In this document: positions 19,264 through 29,080 of the stretch, in pieces
How positions within the stretch are numbered: position 1 is the first letter of the stretch
Layout: every line of letters begins with the position of its first letter
Sequence record: PV775410.1
Length of the DNA stretch: 45,137 nt
Source of the DNA: Escherichia phage vB_Eco_Sem3
Direction: 5' to 3' (one strand)
Position numbers and translations under genes: made by a program
Notes under the pieces: model-generated
What the model saw: the letters and a program-made list of their open reading frames with translations, nothing else
What the model was told of the DNA's origin: nothing
The model's database searches: none

Positions 19264-20000
19264 TAACGATCCTCCCACGGACGGAGCGCCCAACTCTCAT
19301 AAGGTGAATGAGAGTAAGCAGGTACATTCTGAGAGCCACCAGCCATGATACCAAACTGACGCTGAGTGGGGTTATGTACCAGCATGTTTAATCTCTTCTG
19401 TGACATTTGCTCAGATTGTACATCCATAAGAAGCTGAGTGGCTATCTGCTGCGCAGTGGCTAGCTTAGTCTGATCTGCATCCTTAGACACAATAAACTCT
19501 ACAGCAGCTTGATAGGCAATAGCCTGCATTACACTTGTAGGTAAATGCTCGTAGGGTAGTAAGGTGAGTAAGGTAAGACGAATCATACCATTAGCATTAA
19601 CATGCTTACGCATATCAAAGGTGTGACTCCAAGTAGAGTAGAGCTTACCTGCACGCATAGTCATAGGCACTTTCTTCTCACCCAATGCGTAGCACTGCAA
19701 TACAGCTAGGCAGTTATTAGGCAAGTTAATCTCACCGTTCGTATCTGGTGCAAGCTGCCAGTTAGGTTCACGATTGAACCACCAGCCACCGCCTTTGTTA
19801 TACTGGAAGCGCTGGGATACAATATCAATCATCTTACTTGCATCTTCAGCATCAAGGTCGCCTGAGTCGAGAGAATCCACACCCTCACGACCAATGGCTC
19901 GCATACAAAGGTTAACAGCCTCCAGCTTACTATCAATCACTTGAAAGGCTACATCTGAGACAGTATAGCCAGTGTAACTTTGTTGTTTAATAACAGGCAT
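19263..20000 (-). CDS. Tail tubular protein A
   Basis: About 245 aa; start at MPVIKQQ (RBS AGGAGGA); directly follows the capsid gene and terminator as T7 gp11 does. Confidence 0.8.
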   Translation of the reverse strand: MPVIKQQSYTGYTVSDVAFQVIDSKLEAVNLCMRAIGREGVDSLDSGDLDAEDASKMIDIVSQRFQYNKGGGWWFNREPNWQLAPDTNGEINLPNNCLAVLQCYALGEKKVPMTMRAGKLYSTWSHTFDMRKHVNANGMIRLTLLTLLPYEHLPTSVMQAIAYQAAVEFIVSKDADQTKLATAQQIATQLLMDVQSEQMSQKRLNMLVHNPTQRQFGIMAGGSQNVPAYSHSPYESWALRPWEDR

Positions 20001-20011
20001 GAATCCTCCTA

Positions 20012-20047
20012 ACAAAAAGAACCCTACCTACGCAAGGTAGATAGGGC
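20012..20047 (-). terminator. Hairpin plus U-tract terminator after the major capsid gene (T-phi-like)
   Basis: Minus strand reads GCCCTATCTACC-TTGC-GTAGGTAGGG followed by TTCTTTTTG. Confidence 0.65.
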
Positions 20048-20054
20048 ATAGGTA

Positions 20055-21260
20055 TTACTCAGCAGGTTTCATTGCAGTCGGCTTAATGTCATTAGCCATG
20101 ACAGCACGAACAGCAGCAACTAAGTCTTCAGCAGACAGACTAGCAGCAGCGGCAGCACCTGCCGGAGCAGCATTCTTGACGTATACAGCTTTGCGCTGTG
20201 CACGGTTAAGAACTTGAGTGTGCTGTGCTCCACCAGTACCCTCAGCATCACCAGTAGATGAGTTACGCTTAGTTGTCACAACAGACACTGCTTCCCAACG
20301 ATCAGGGATTGCACCTTCAGACATAAAGGTGTCAATGTAATAGGTCTTCTCTTTCTTCTCATAGAAGATATCACCTGTTACATCAATTGAACGACCAACA
20401 AGAAGAGCGTCAGCTGTGAACAGTACAGCGATAGCGCCATTCATTTCTGCAGTCGGGTCATAACGATAACCGTTGTCTTCATTTGACAGCAGGTGATGTT
20501 TCTGATCAGCAGAGAATTTAGGGAAGCGGTTAGACGGGATAACAGGGCAGTTGTAAGAAGACAGAACAAAACCCTGAATGGTTGCACCAGACTGGCTAAT
20601 GGTGTAGCTCTTGTCAACGATACGGTCTGCATCACGCAGTACGTTGAAGTAGCGCCATGGCATCAGAATAGCTACATCAGAGATATCAACTTCCTGCTCA
20701 AGCTGCTGCTCCAGAGCAAACTCTACAGCCGCCATTACATACTGCGGGTTGACCATCGCTTCTCCTTCATTGACCTCTACGTTGACAGAGAAGCCATGGC
20801 CTTTCACACGAGGGTTTTTGCGCTTAGCCTGAGTGTTGGCAATACCGCCCAGCAGCATCTGCTGAATCAGCATTTCATCTTCCATCTTCTTCAGCTGCTT
20901 CGCTTGGTTAGTAGCCAGCTTCGGCTTCAGGCTATCAATGTCACCCTGTACGTCGTGCAGGTGAGCAACAGTGTTACGAGCAATAACAGTGGCATCAATT
21001 ACCAGCTGGTTTTTATCTGCCTGAGTAGAGGTTGCAGCCGGAGATTGGCCCGGTGCCAGAACCTGCAACTCTGTTTCACCCAAATATTTGTTGCTTACAG
21101 TGTTAGTACCAGTAACAGTCTGAACATCAAAGTAGGACATGATGTTCTCACCTTTCAGGTACTGCTCATTTACCTTGCCATTGAATTTCTCAATGAGAAG
21201 GCTGTCTACCTCGCCGGAAGCAGAGACTGCAACGTTGGTCAGGTTATTCGGGGTGCTCAT
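20055..21260 (-). CDS. Major capsid protein
   Basis: 401 aa; strong RBS AAGGAGG; preceded by the strongest-looking phage promoter and followed by a terminator; T7 gp10-like size and position. Confidence 0.9.
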   Translation of the reverse strand: MSTPNNLTNVAVSASGEVDSLLIEKFNGKVNEQYLKGENIMSYFDVQTVTGTNTVSNKYLGETELQVLAPGQSPAATSTQADKNQLVIDATVIARNTVAHLHDVQGDIDSLKPKLATNQAKQLKKMEDEMLIQQMLLGGIANTQAKRKNPRVKGHGFSVNVEVNEGEAMVNPQYVMAAVEFALEQQLEQEVDISDVAILMPWRYFNVLRDADRIVDKSYTISQSGATIQGFVLSSYNCPVIPSNRFPKFSADQKHHLLSNEDNGYRYDPTAEMNGAIAVLFTADALLVGRSIDVTGDIFYEKKEKTYYIDTFMSEGAIPDRWEAVSVVTTKRNSSTGDAEGTGGAQHTQVLNRAQRKAVYVKNAAPAGAAAAASLSAEDLVAAVRAVMANDIKPTAMKPAE

Positions 21261-21307
21261 TAATAAACCTCCTTATAAATCAAATTGATAATTTAGGGAG
21301 ACATTTC

Positions 21308-21331
21308 TCCCTTCTATAGTGTCCAGTAAAT
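21308..21331 (-). promoter_or_regulatory. Phage RNAP promoter upstream of the major capsid gene
   Basis: Minus strand reads ATTTACTGGACACTATAGAAGGGAGA. Confidence 0.75.
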
Positions 21332-21336
21332 ACTGA

Positions 21337-22257
21337 TTACAGACCGCGAGCCATACCAGCACGACGGCGAGCATCCAGTTTAGCCTGATACTCAGCAGCA
21401 GCTTTCTTGTCTGTACCGAAGCGAGAGCTAAGAGTCATCATCTCACGCAGGTACTGCTCACGAGAGAGTGGGCCATTATCTTCAGATGCAGCAGCAGGTG
21501 CAGAGGGTTCAATCAGGTTTGGTTTGTCATCACCCTGTGCAGACTTACGGCGGCTCTCCAGTTCACGCACAGCGTACTGCTGGAGGTACTGGTTGCCAGA
21601 CTCCATCACCGCATTGAATGCCGTGAGTTCGTCATCGGATAGCGTTTCAAGCGCCCACGCCTCAAGACGTGACCACCCTTCTTCACCACCAACTTCCTTA
21701 GAGATATCAGAGAAGCGCTGAGTGTTAGCTGCTTCCCGCTCTTTAGCTGCGTTGGCTTCTTTCAGGAAGAAGGCTTCATTTTGAGCCTTAAGACCTGACA
21801 GGTAAGCATCTACCGCAAACTTGCCAAAAGCATCATACAATTTCTGCTTGGTTGCATCTGACAGTTCAAACTTGCCACCTTTGGAATAGAGTTCCTTGGC
21901 AACCTGCTTGGCATCAATGCCTTTCTCTTTAAGGCTGTCAGTTACATCCTGTGGGATGTCTATTGTTACTTCATGTTCTCCGAAGAAGTATTGCACTTCC
22001 TCAGTGTCGGTCGCGGTATCATCTGGCTTAGATTCACCATTCTCTCCGCCATTGTCTCCTTTTTCTGAAGGCTGTCCAGAAGCTTCTCCTCCGGTGTCTT
22101 CAGTAGGTTGTGCACCAGCATTGTCATCTTGTACAGCAGTGCCAGCGTCAGCAGGAGCATCAGTAGTAGCAGCATCAGTTGTTACCTCCTTGGTTTCTAC
22201 CGGACCCTCTTCAGCAGTAGGGTGAGTGGTTGACGGTTCAGTAAATGAGAAAGACAT
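21337..22257 (-). CDS. Scaffolding protein
   Basis: 306 aa, acidic with a low-complexity N-terminus and helical C-terminus; between portal and capsid genes; TAATG overlap with portal. Confidence 0.75.
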   Translation of the reverse strand: MSFSFTEPSTTHPTAEEGPVETKEVTTDAATTDAPADAGTAVQDDNAGAQPTEDTGGEASGQPSEKGDNGGENGESKPDDTATDTEEVQYFFGEHEVTIDIPQDVTDSLKEKGIDAKQVAKELYSKGGKFELSDATKQKLYDAFGKFAVDAYLSGLKAQNEAFFLKEANAAKEREAANTQRFSDISKEVGGEEGWSRLEAWALETLSDDELTAFNAVMESGNQYLQQYAVRELESRRKSAQGDDKPNLIEPSAPAAASEDNGPLSREQYLREMMTLSSRFGTDKKAAAEYQAKLDARRRAGMARGL

Positions 22258-23807
22258 TACGCCTCCTTAAGTTCTTGTTGAATTACACCCGGCACGGCCT
22301 TAGCCACACCTTCTTCAAGCATCTGTGCTTGCTGTGCTTGCATCTGTGCTTCCTGTTCTTGTGCTATCTCTTCAGCCGATTTAAGGAACGGCAGTTCAGC
22401 AGAGATTTGACCACGCACCCAATCCATATAGTCAGGCCATTTCACAGCAGCTAGGACAGGCTCAGGCCATTGTAATGGCAGTGACATATACTGAGCAAAG
22501 TTAGCCAGTTTATCCAACTCAGCCATGCGTCCTAAAGCTTCAATACCTGTGATTATCACAGGGTCCACTAGGTCACTAGTGAAGGACTCACCTGCCTCCA
22601 GCAGACCCCACATCGCTACTGGCGATTGCATAGTAGTAGCAAAGAGGGAGTATACACCACCCATGTTCTGCTCAATCTCTAACGCATCTCGCTGGATTTC
22701 TACAGCAGTAACACGTTCGGCGTCACGGCGTGTCATTGTCTCCATCATGAAGACAACACCGATACGGCGAGTGTATACCTCTAGAACCGCGCTAATAGGT
22801 GTGAGGTCTGCATACTTACCTAACTGTACAATATGGATGTCTTCTTCTACACCAGTGACAACCTCACCAGTGCCAGAGTTAACAAAGTGGTCAACATCAG
22901 TTTGAGCACCCGGACGAATCAGGTACTTGATATCTGCCATCAGCGCAGCACCACGGGCAACCGCTTCAGATAAGAATTGGATAACGAATAAATCACCGGA
23001 GTAATCCTCTGCAAGAGGGCGACCCCAATCCTCACCATAGCTTCGCTTCCAAGTTAATGGGATGAAAGGTAGCTTTTCTGATTTGATTTTACTCACCTTA
23101 CCCACAGGGATATCATCAGCAGATTGCTTGAGTTCCCAAAATCCATCACCAAGATACTTAGCATGTGTGTACAGCTTAACGCTGTCATCTTCTTTGCACT
23201 TCTTACCTTTCAGGCCAACCTCTACTACAGCACGTGTAGCTGGGTCAAAGGTACGTAAGGCTTTCTCTTGTAGCAAGATAATGTCTAGCAGGTCGCCATT
23301 GGTATCACGGTTAACTACGTAGTGATGCATTGGGATAGCACTGATTGCACCTTTGCTCGGCTTGTATAGCAGACAGCTGCCAGCAACAATAAGATGCTTA
23401 AATGCTTCTACTACAGCAGGCCGGAATTGACGTTGCTCTAACTCTTTCATTGCCCGTGTTTCCACTTGAGCGAAGATAGTAGCTAACTCTGTCTTCTTCA
23501 GGCCACGCTGATTAAGAACCTTCTCACCTTGTGCAGTTAAGTCTACACGGAAGAAGGAACGCTGTGCAGGGAATAGCACTTGCGCTAGCTTGTTGGCTAG
23601 ATGGTTAGTTGCCTGAGCACCCACACCTTGCCATCCATTCTGCGAAGTCTCATTATCACCTTTGTCATTCATCAGATAGGGCAAGGTTAATTTGGAGTAA
23701 TGCTTCGCCCTATCAAGGAAAGAGCTACGTTTAGTGGAGAATTTCTCCCATAGCTTAGGTATCTTAGACCGCTTACCTCCATACTCCAAATCTGTGCTCT
23801 GTTTCAT
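22257..23807 (-). CDS. Portal (head-tail connector) protein
   Basis: 516 aa, T7 gp8-sized; RBS GAAGGTG; assigned by size and synteny. Confidence 0.85.
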   Translation of the reverse strand: MKQSTDLEYGGKRSKIPKLWEKFSTKRSSFLDRAKHYSKLTLPYLMNDKGDNETSQNGWQGVGAQATNHLANKLAQVLFPAQRSFFRVDLTAQGEKVLNQRGLKKTELATIFAQVETRAMKELEQRQFRPAVVEAFKHLIVAGSCLLYKPSKGAISAIPMHHYVVNRDTNGDLLDIILLQEKALRTFDPATRAVVEVGLKGKKCKEDDSVKLYTHAKYLGDGFWELKQSADDIPVGKVSKIKSEKLPFIPLTWKRSYGEDWGRPLAEDYSGDLFVIQFLSEAVARGAALMADIKYLIRPGAQTDVDHFVNSGTGEVVTGVEEDIHIVQLGKYADLTPISAVLEVYTRRIGVVFMMETMTRRDAERVTAVEIQRDALEIEQNMGGVYSLFATTMQSPVAMWGLLEAGESFTSDLVDPVIITGIEALGRMAELDKLANFAQYMSLPLQWPEPVLAAVKWPDYMDWVRGQISAELPFLKSAEEIAQEQEAQMQAQQAQMLEEGVAKAVPGVIQQELKEA

Positions 23808-23808
23808 A

Positions 23809-24018
23809 TTACACCTTCAAGCTAGAAGCTACCGGACGGACAAGGCCACGCTTGCCTTTTGCAGATGCAGTAGCATCATCATCTCCTGCACCAATCTGAA
23901 TATCTTCAGCTTCAGTCTCTGGCTTACGCTCAAGCTGCTGTGCTGGCACTTTCGCTTCAATACGTGGTGCATCTTGAGCAAGACCGATAGCCTTAAATGC
24001 TTTCTTTACAACACCCAT
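23809..24018 (-). CDS. Hypothetical small protein, 69 aa (possibly a gp6.7-like virion protein)
   Basis: RBS AAGGAG; small charged protein immediately upstream of portal. Confidence 0.45.
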   Translation of the reverse strand: MGVVKKAFKAIGLAQDAPRIEAKVPAQQLERKPETEAEDIQIGAGDDDATASAKGKRGLVRPVASSLKV

Positions 24019-24027
24019 GTTATCTCC

Positions 24028-24489
24028 TTAGAACTTCAGGTTATACACAGTGCCAAACGGTTCAAAGCCAAGTCGCTTATACATACGTCCGACACGTTCT
24101 TCATTGATACCAGAGGCGATAGATAGACGGACCTCAGAGCATTCATTCTCATTGGCCCATTGCTTTAGGGCTTTGATGAGACGCATACCAAGAAGTGTTC
24201 CTCGCCTCTCTGGTATAATATAAAAGAGAATGTCAGAGGCAACTCTTACAGGCGTCCAAGGAGCCAACTCGTGATAGCCAGCCCACAGGAACCCTACAAT
24301 CTGCCCTTCATCTACAGCAACCCATAGGAATAAATCTTCTCTACTAAGAGATGCACAAAGGTTATGTGCACTTTGTTCTGCATTCCATGAGGCTGAGTGG
24401 TGGGCTACAACCTTGACTTCCTCTTCCACATATTTATTCCCAAGGTTTATAATCTCAGGAATATCTAGGAAGGAAGCTGGACGTATCAT
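24028..24489 (-). CDS. GNAT-family N-acetyltransferase
   Basis: Start at MIRPASFLDIPEI (ATGA-coupled to the upstream ORF); acetyl-CoA binding motif …FYIIPERRGTLLGMRLIKAL…. Confidence 0.75.
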   Translation of the reverse strand: MIRPASFLDIPEIINLGNKYVEEEVKVVAHHSASWNAEQSAHNLCASLSREDLFLWVAVDEGQIVGFLWAGYHELAPWTPVRVASDILFYIIPERRGTLLGMRLIKALKQWANENECSEVRLSIASGINEERVGRMYKRLGFEPFGTVYNLKF

Positions 24490-24656
24490 TGGACCACCAG
24501 TTGTGCTCTGACACAATCCATGATGTAACGCTTAACTTCATCAACGATTAACTCTTCATGAGTCTTAGTCACCTTAGGAGAAGAAGGCTTGAGAATCATC
24601 TCAAGCATCTCCATTCCTTCAAATGAAATCGTCGGTTTCTTCTTCGTCTGTACCAT
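24486..24656 (-). CDS. Hypothetical protein, about 56 aa
   Basis: Stop overlaps the GNAT start (ATGA), suggesting translational coupling; no clear RBS. Confidence 0.35.
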   Translation of the reverse strand: MVQTKKKPTISFEGMEMLEMILKPSSPKVTKTHEELIVDEVKRYIMDCVRAQLVVQ

Positions 24657-24816
24657 ATAATTCGTCAACCTTCTCTTGGATAGCTTCTACAGAAAGACCA
24701 AGTTCTTCTGCATCAGCCAGTAAAGTATATGGCACTTCCATGCCACAGGATAGAGTTTCGAAGATGGCCTCTGCTACCTCAACAGCACGAGTTGCCTTCA
24801 TAGAATCAAAAGACAT
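24619..24816 (-). CDS. Hypothetical acidic protein, 65 aa (MSFDSMKATRAVEVAEAIFE…DEEETDDFI)
   Basis: RBS AAGGAGG; the track ORF carries a 20-codon N-terminal extension. Confidence 0.5.
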   Translation of the reverse strand: MSFDSMKATRAVEVAEAIFETLSCGMEVPYTLLADAEELGLSVEAIQEKVDELYGTDEEETDDFI

Positions 24817-24933
24817 AATTAACCTCCTTTTAGTTGTGAATATAAGGAGTCTAATTCTTCTGACTGATAGCCCCACATGTAATAGTATTGCTCAATGGCT
24901 TCTATTAACAATTCAAGCTGTTTTTCGTTCAAA

Positions 24934-25881
24934 TCAATAAACATCAGGAACCTCCTTATCGTGGCGTAATTCAGAAACCTTGGGAAGTCTCAGGACTCCC
25001 TTGCTAGATTCCTGCAACGCCTTGACAGCGAAGATCTTCCCAATGACGTTCAGTTCGCCACCGTGCTTAATATCGTGATACATTTGGGCTGCATCCTCAT
25101 GTGACCAGCCACGACCCAGCATAGCCTTAACAGACTTGCCTCCTTTCCATTTGAAAATGAGGTTAGCTACTTTACCTTTATACTTACCTTTTCCTTCCTC
25201 CCACCCAATACAGGTTAGGTCGTAAGACACCATACGAACGATCTTCGTTTGACGATAGCCCTTGTGCCCACTTTCATACTCCACGTCAAGTTTAAACACA
25301 GCACCCTCTCGGCCTGCATCTATTTGCTCTTGCGCAAACGCTTCAACTTCTCGCTCATTATGGCAAGGAGTAATAGGAAGGATAGCGTTGTACCCGCTAA
25401 GATGAGTGCCGATGCGACGATGTAAAGCATCGTAACGTTTGAGATAAGAAACATCAGTGAATCCATCATGGAATGCCTTAATGGTTAACATATCAAAGAA
25501 GTCGATATACAGGTTGTCTTTAATCTGCTGGCCTATAAAGTCAAGTGGCTCTGTACGATTAGGGTTTACCACTCCTGACAGAGCTTCAAGATAAACATCA
25601 ACAGCCATAGATTGCAACTCACCAAGATACAACCCGACAGGAAATACACTAAATGTCTTTTCCAAGGCTTCAACATTTGCGAGTTTCTTACCAGTACGAC
25701 CAAAGATGGCAACAGCACCATCATTGCGCACCACAACAGCACTGAATATTCCATCTCGTTTCACCTGTGCATAACATGGAAAAGTAAGTTTCTTCTCAGG
25801 AACTTCACCGCGATGCTTCACCAGCATGAATGGATGATTGCGGTGGTCTTCTGGAAGACCTAGGAATTGGAAGATGTTCAT
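24934..25881 (-). CDS. ATP-dependent DNA ligase
   Basis: 315 aa; adenylation motif …AQVKRDGIFS… (KxDG) and downstream EGAVFK motif; RBS AAGGAGG. Confidence 0.85.
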   Translation of the reverse strand: MNIFQFLGLPEDHRNHPFMLVKHRGEVPEKKLTFPCYAQVKRDGIFSAVVVRNDGAVAIFGRTGKKLANVEALEKTFSVFPVGLYLGELQSMAVDVYLEALSGVVNPNRTEPLDFIGQQIKDNLYIDFFDMLTIKAFHDGFTDVSYLKRYDALHRRIGTHLSGYNAILPITPCHNEREVEAFAQEQIDAGREGAVFKLDVEYESGHKGYRQTKIVRMVSYDLTCIGWEEGKGKYKGKVANLIFKWKGGKSVKAMLGRGWSHEDAAQMYHDIKHGGELNVIGKIFAVKALQESSKGVLRLPKVSELRHDKEVPDVY

Positions 25882-26051
25882 TTCACCTCCTTCATCACAC
25901 CTTTGACTATTGCCTCTTTAAAGTGTGCTAAGTTAGAACCATATGCACTTAGGTGCCACATTGCACCTTCATCATCAGAGGTCAATACAAAACCGCGAGA
26001 GCTTACTTTATATAAGTTACCGAAGTACCCTCTATACAGTTTACCTTCCAT
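25878..26051 (-). CDS. Hypothetical protein, about 57 aa
   Basis: Start at MEGKLYRGY with RBS GAGGA; the track ORF starts upstream at TTG. Confidence 0.4.
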   Translation of the reverse strand: MEGKLYRGYFGNLYKVSSRGFVLTSDDEGAMWHLSAYGSNLAHFKEAIVKGVMKEVK

Positions 26052-26052
26052 A

Positions 26053-26556
26053 TTAAATATCCTCATCAATACATTCGTGACGATGCTTCTGGAATAACTC
26101 TTTATAATAGTCTGCCTTCTTCAAGTCTTCTTCAGTATTGAACTTCTTACCTGCACGCAGGCGATACTTAAGGGCATTACCCATGCAGTACCCAGCGAAT
26201 TGCTTTTCAGTCATACTGCGGGCAATGATAGTGATTGCCTCTACACCATCAAAGAACTCGTAGTGCTTAGGCTGAGTTACCATATTGTTGTCTAACTTAT
26301 CAGATGCAAGTTTGAATTTTTTGGAATCCCAACCTGTACCCCTCACCTCACGAAAGCACAAGTTAATGCCATCAATATCATCTATGGTTACAGGGCTATC
26401 AGGGTCAATACCAGCTTCTTTGCAGAATTGATTCCAAGGAATAGAATCTTTTTCATTACGAAATACCTTGTCTCCAACTTTAAAAGATGTTTTCTCTTGA
26501 CCACAAGTACAGTAATCATAACGCTTATGACACTTCTTACATTCATAGTGTGACAT
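26053..26556 (-). CDS. Zinc-finger plus DUF3310-like domain protein
   Basis: Start at MSHYECKKCHKRYDYCTCGQ (RBS GGAGGA); C-terminal …QPKHYEFFDGVEAITII…NALKYRLRAGKK…EDLKKADYYKEL matches my recollection of the DUF3310 pattern. Confidence 0.55.
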   Translation of the reverse strand: MSHYECKKCHKRYDYCTCGQEKTSFKVGDKVFRNEKDSIPWNQFCKEAGIDPDSPVTIDDIDGINLCFREVRGTGWDSKKFKLASDKLDNNMVTQPKHYEFFDGVEAITIIARSMTEKQFAGYCMGNALKYRLRAGKKFNTEEDLKKADYYKELFQKHRHECIDEDI

Positions 26557-26642
26557 ATTGAATCCTCCATTCACTATACAATCAAGGGCTAGTGCAATAT
26601 CATTTGGATACGCCATCCGATAAAGTCTTACCTAGCCCTTTG

Positions 26643-26662
26643 TTCTATAGTGTCAACTAAAT
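26643..26662 (-). promoter_or_regulatory. Variant phage promoter-like sequence (GTCAACT core)
   Basis: Minus strand reads ATTTAGTTGACACTATAGAA; intergenic. Confidence 0.4.
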
Positions 26663-27688
26663 CTTGCCAATCCAACGGTTGTCGCTATTGGTTTGCATCG
26701 GGACAATATGAGGTACACCCTCCAGAATAACCACACAACCTAATGCTGGCTTGTATTTAGACTCACGCCCATAGGCAAATGCACGGGATGACTCATCAAT
26801 TAAGCAGCCACCTTGCACAGCCCAATACTGTTCATGTGTATTACGTGCGTACTCCACAGACATCTTACCGTGCAAGTGACCACACACAAGGTTCATACGC
26901 TCATGCGCTGCATCTGCTAGGACAGAGCCAGCAGGTTGATGCTTGAATGCCACCTGTTCGCCATTCGGCAACTCAAGAACATGTGTATGCTGCCAATCCC
27001 ACTGGTCGCCACCTCCATTTGGGAAGAAGACTTCACGGTAGGTGCGAAGATATTGCACTGGAATACCCTTGGCGCTTGCCTTACGGAAGTGCATAGAGCC
27101 GTGATTAGAATGACACAGGCGCATCACAGGGAACATCTTGTGCAACTTGTGCATGAAGACACGAGCCTTCTCTAGCTCCATGCCAGCACTATCCAGATTC
27201 GGGTCAGAGTCATGGAAGGAGAGGGCGTGTTTATCTGCCTCATCTCCTAAGTGAACCACTGTATCTGGACGGTAACGTGCCGCGACTGCTGCAAGGAACT
27301 CTAAGGTATCTGGATGCTCATAAGGTGCATGAGTATCAGGGATTACCAATACACTTCGATGAGGCGAGTCAGGCAATGGTACAATAGCCAAATCCTCGTA
27401 GCGGTCAGGAGTCCTGAGCTTACGCTCTTCTTTGATACGCTTATCTTCTTGCAGAAGGGTCTGGTAATAATCACCATTCTTCTTGGTCTTCTTGAATTGA
27501 CCATGCCAGTATCGAGCCAACTGGCGGGTAATCTTCTTACCCACAGGGTGACACGATAATACACGTGCCATCTCATTGTAATTAACATTACCTTTCTCGT
27601 CGGTAGCTTGCTCGATTGCATCAAGTACCTCGGAGTCTTTGTACAAGCTGCGAAGCTTACCCAACTTTAACCTCCTTCTTTCTTGCAT
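26657..27688 (-). CDS. Calcineurin-like metallophosphoesterase
   Basis: Motifs …VLVIPDTHAPYEH…, …HLGDEADKH…, …GHLHG… typical of binuclear metallophosphatases; start uncertain (track ORF extends to 27796 and overlaps the endonuclease gene). Confidence 0.7.
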   Translation of the reverse strand: MQERRRLKLGKLRSLYKDSEVLDAIEQATDEKGNVNYNEMARVLSCHPVGKKITRQLARYWHGQFKKTKKNGDYYQTLLQEDKRIKEERKLRTPDRYEDLAIVPLPDSPHRSVLVIPDTHAPYEHPDTLEFLAAVAARYRPDTVVHLGDEADKHALSFHDSDPNLDSAGMELEKARVFMHKLHKMFPVMRLCHSNHGSMHFRKASAKGIPVQYLRTYREVFFPNGGGDQWDWQHTHVLELPNGEQVAFKHQPAGSVLADAAHERMNLVCGHLHGKMSVEYARNTHEQYWAVQGGCLIDESSRAFAYGRESKYKPALGCVVILEGVPHIVPMQTNSDNRWIGKI

Positions 27689-28067
27689 AAGCAAGGCGTG
27701 CCTTACGGTTCTTAGCCTCGCGCTTCTCTGCCTCCGTTTGATGTTTGTGATATAACTTATCTGTCTGAGGCGTACTATGTAACTTCCAGTATTCATATAG
27801 TCGCTCTAACCATTGAAGCTGGAAGTAACGGTTGTTACCAGCCTTACCGTAACCAGAGATAACACCCTTAATCTTTCCTTCTGCACCATTGCAGCCTCGG
27901 CATACAACAGCACGGCAGAATCCTGTCTCATGGTCATGGTCAAGTACACGGTTTATAGGAGTAACAGCCTTGAGACTGCCGCCACATAGTGGGCACTTCC
28001 ACCCTTGCTTCTCTAGCAATTCCCTCTTATAAGCTGCTACCTCCGATGATTTTAATTTGCTAACCAT
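27657..28067 (-). CDS. Endonuclease VII-like junction-resolving nuclease
   Basis: 136 aa; …WKCPLCGG…LDHDHETGFCRAVVCRGCN… matches the Cys4 plus H-N-H pattern of T4 endo VII-type enzymes. Confidence 0.7.
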   Translation of the reverse strand: MVSKLKSSEVAAYKRELLEKQGWKCPLCGGSLKAVTPINRVLDHDHETGFCRAVVCRGCNGAEGKIKGVISGYGKAGNNRYFQLQWLERLYEYWKLHSTPQTDKLYHKHQTEAEKREAKNRKARLAYARKKEVKVG

Positions 28068-29080
28068 TCTGCATCATCTCCCCACAAGATTGGGTTCTTA
28101 TCGGCTCGCCATATATCACCTTTGAATCTTGCCATGTGAGCTAGGCGACCACATTCGAGCATCAGGTCAAAAGCCTTGCCGATACGATAACCACCTCGGT
28201 AATTCTTAATCTTAACTTGTCCATGTCCGAACTTAGCCTTGTAAGCACCAAGCACTGCCATGTACAACTCTTTCTCTGTCTTACAATCTTTGAGAAGATC
28301 ATAGGCGTATTTAGCACCACGTCCAGGTATGCCAGCATAGTTATCAATATCATCACCGATAATCATCTGTGCATAATGAAACATGAGGCCAGCACCTTTA
28401 AGGTCTTTAACCTGACCATTAGCCTTACGGCGTAACTCAAGCCAACCCATAGGCTCTACCCATTTCTTCTCTTGACCCGGCTGAAGATGCCAACCGGGAA
28501 CAATCATCAAATCCTTATCTAAGGAAACGATGCAAGTATCAGAGAATGCTTTATGCTCTGGACTACCGATAGGGAACTCGTTACCTGTATCTTGCTGGAA
28601 GCGGCGGTGACTGTCCCATTGTGCAATGCTCATGAGGTCATCAGCCTCTTCTCCATCTGCCAATATTGCACCATGAACCTCTAAGAGATGCTCTCGCAAT
28701 TCATAGAAGAACGGAGGCTTCTCGGTCTTACGTTGACCCTTATAAGGTTTGGTGAAGGCTAGGCGAACTCGGAAGTTAGCTTCTGATTTCGTCATGAATA
28801 ACTTAGCAGCATCACACTCTGCTGCATACACCCAAGAGTTAAGCAAGGAGTTCACACGGTCACACGCTTGCTTACACTCAGGGGTATCTTTGATTGATGG
28901 GACTTGTCCTGACTTAACACGAGTTGTAGCTCGTACATAAGTCATGTCACTGATTGTATACCCGACGATGTAAGGTAACATATCAGCATCTATTAAAGCG
29001 ATTCGATTACCTTCAGTCGGCCACAGCAACAGGTTATTGTCTTCCGATACTGTAGCTCCGAAGTCGAAGTTTGGTCGCAT
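28052..29080 (-). CDS. 5'-3' exonuclease (T7 gp6-like, FEN family)
   Basis: Start at MRPNFDFG (RBS GAAGGAG); motifs …IALIDADMLPY… and …ADGEEADD… typical of the 5'-3' exonuclease metal-binding sites. Confidence 0.8.
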   Translation of the reverse strand: MRPNFDFGATVSEDNNLLLWPTEGNRIALIDADMLPYIVGYTISDMTYVRATTRVKSGQVPSIKDTPECKQACDRVNSLLNSWVYAAECDAAKLFMTKSEANFRVRLAFTKPYKGQRKTEKPPFFYELREHLLEVHGAILADGEEADDLMSIAQWDSHRRFQQDTGNEFPIGSPEHKAFSDTCIVSLDKDLMIVPGWHLQPGQEKKWVEPMGWLELRRKANGQVKDLKGAGLMFHYAQMIIGDDIDNYAGIPGRGAKYAYDLLKDCKTEKELYMAVLGAYKAKFGHGQVKIKNYRGGYRIGKAFDLMLECGRLAHMARFKGDIWRADKNPILWGDDAEWLAN

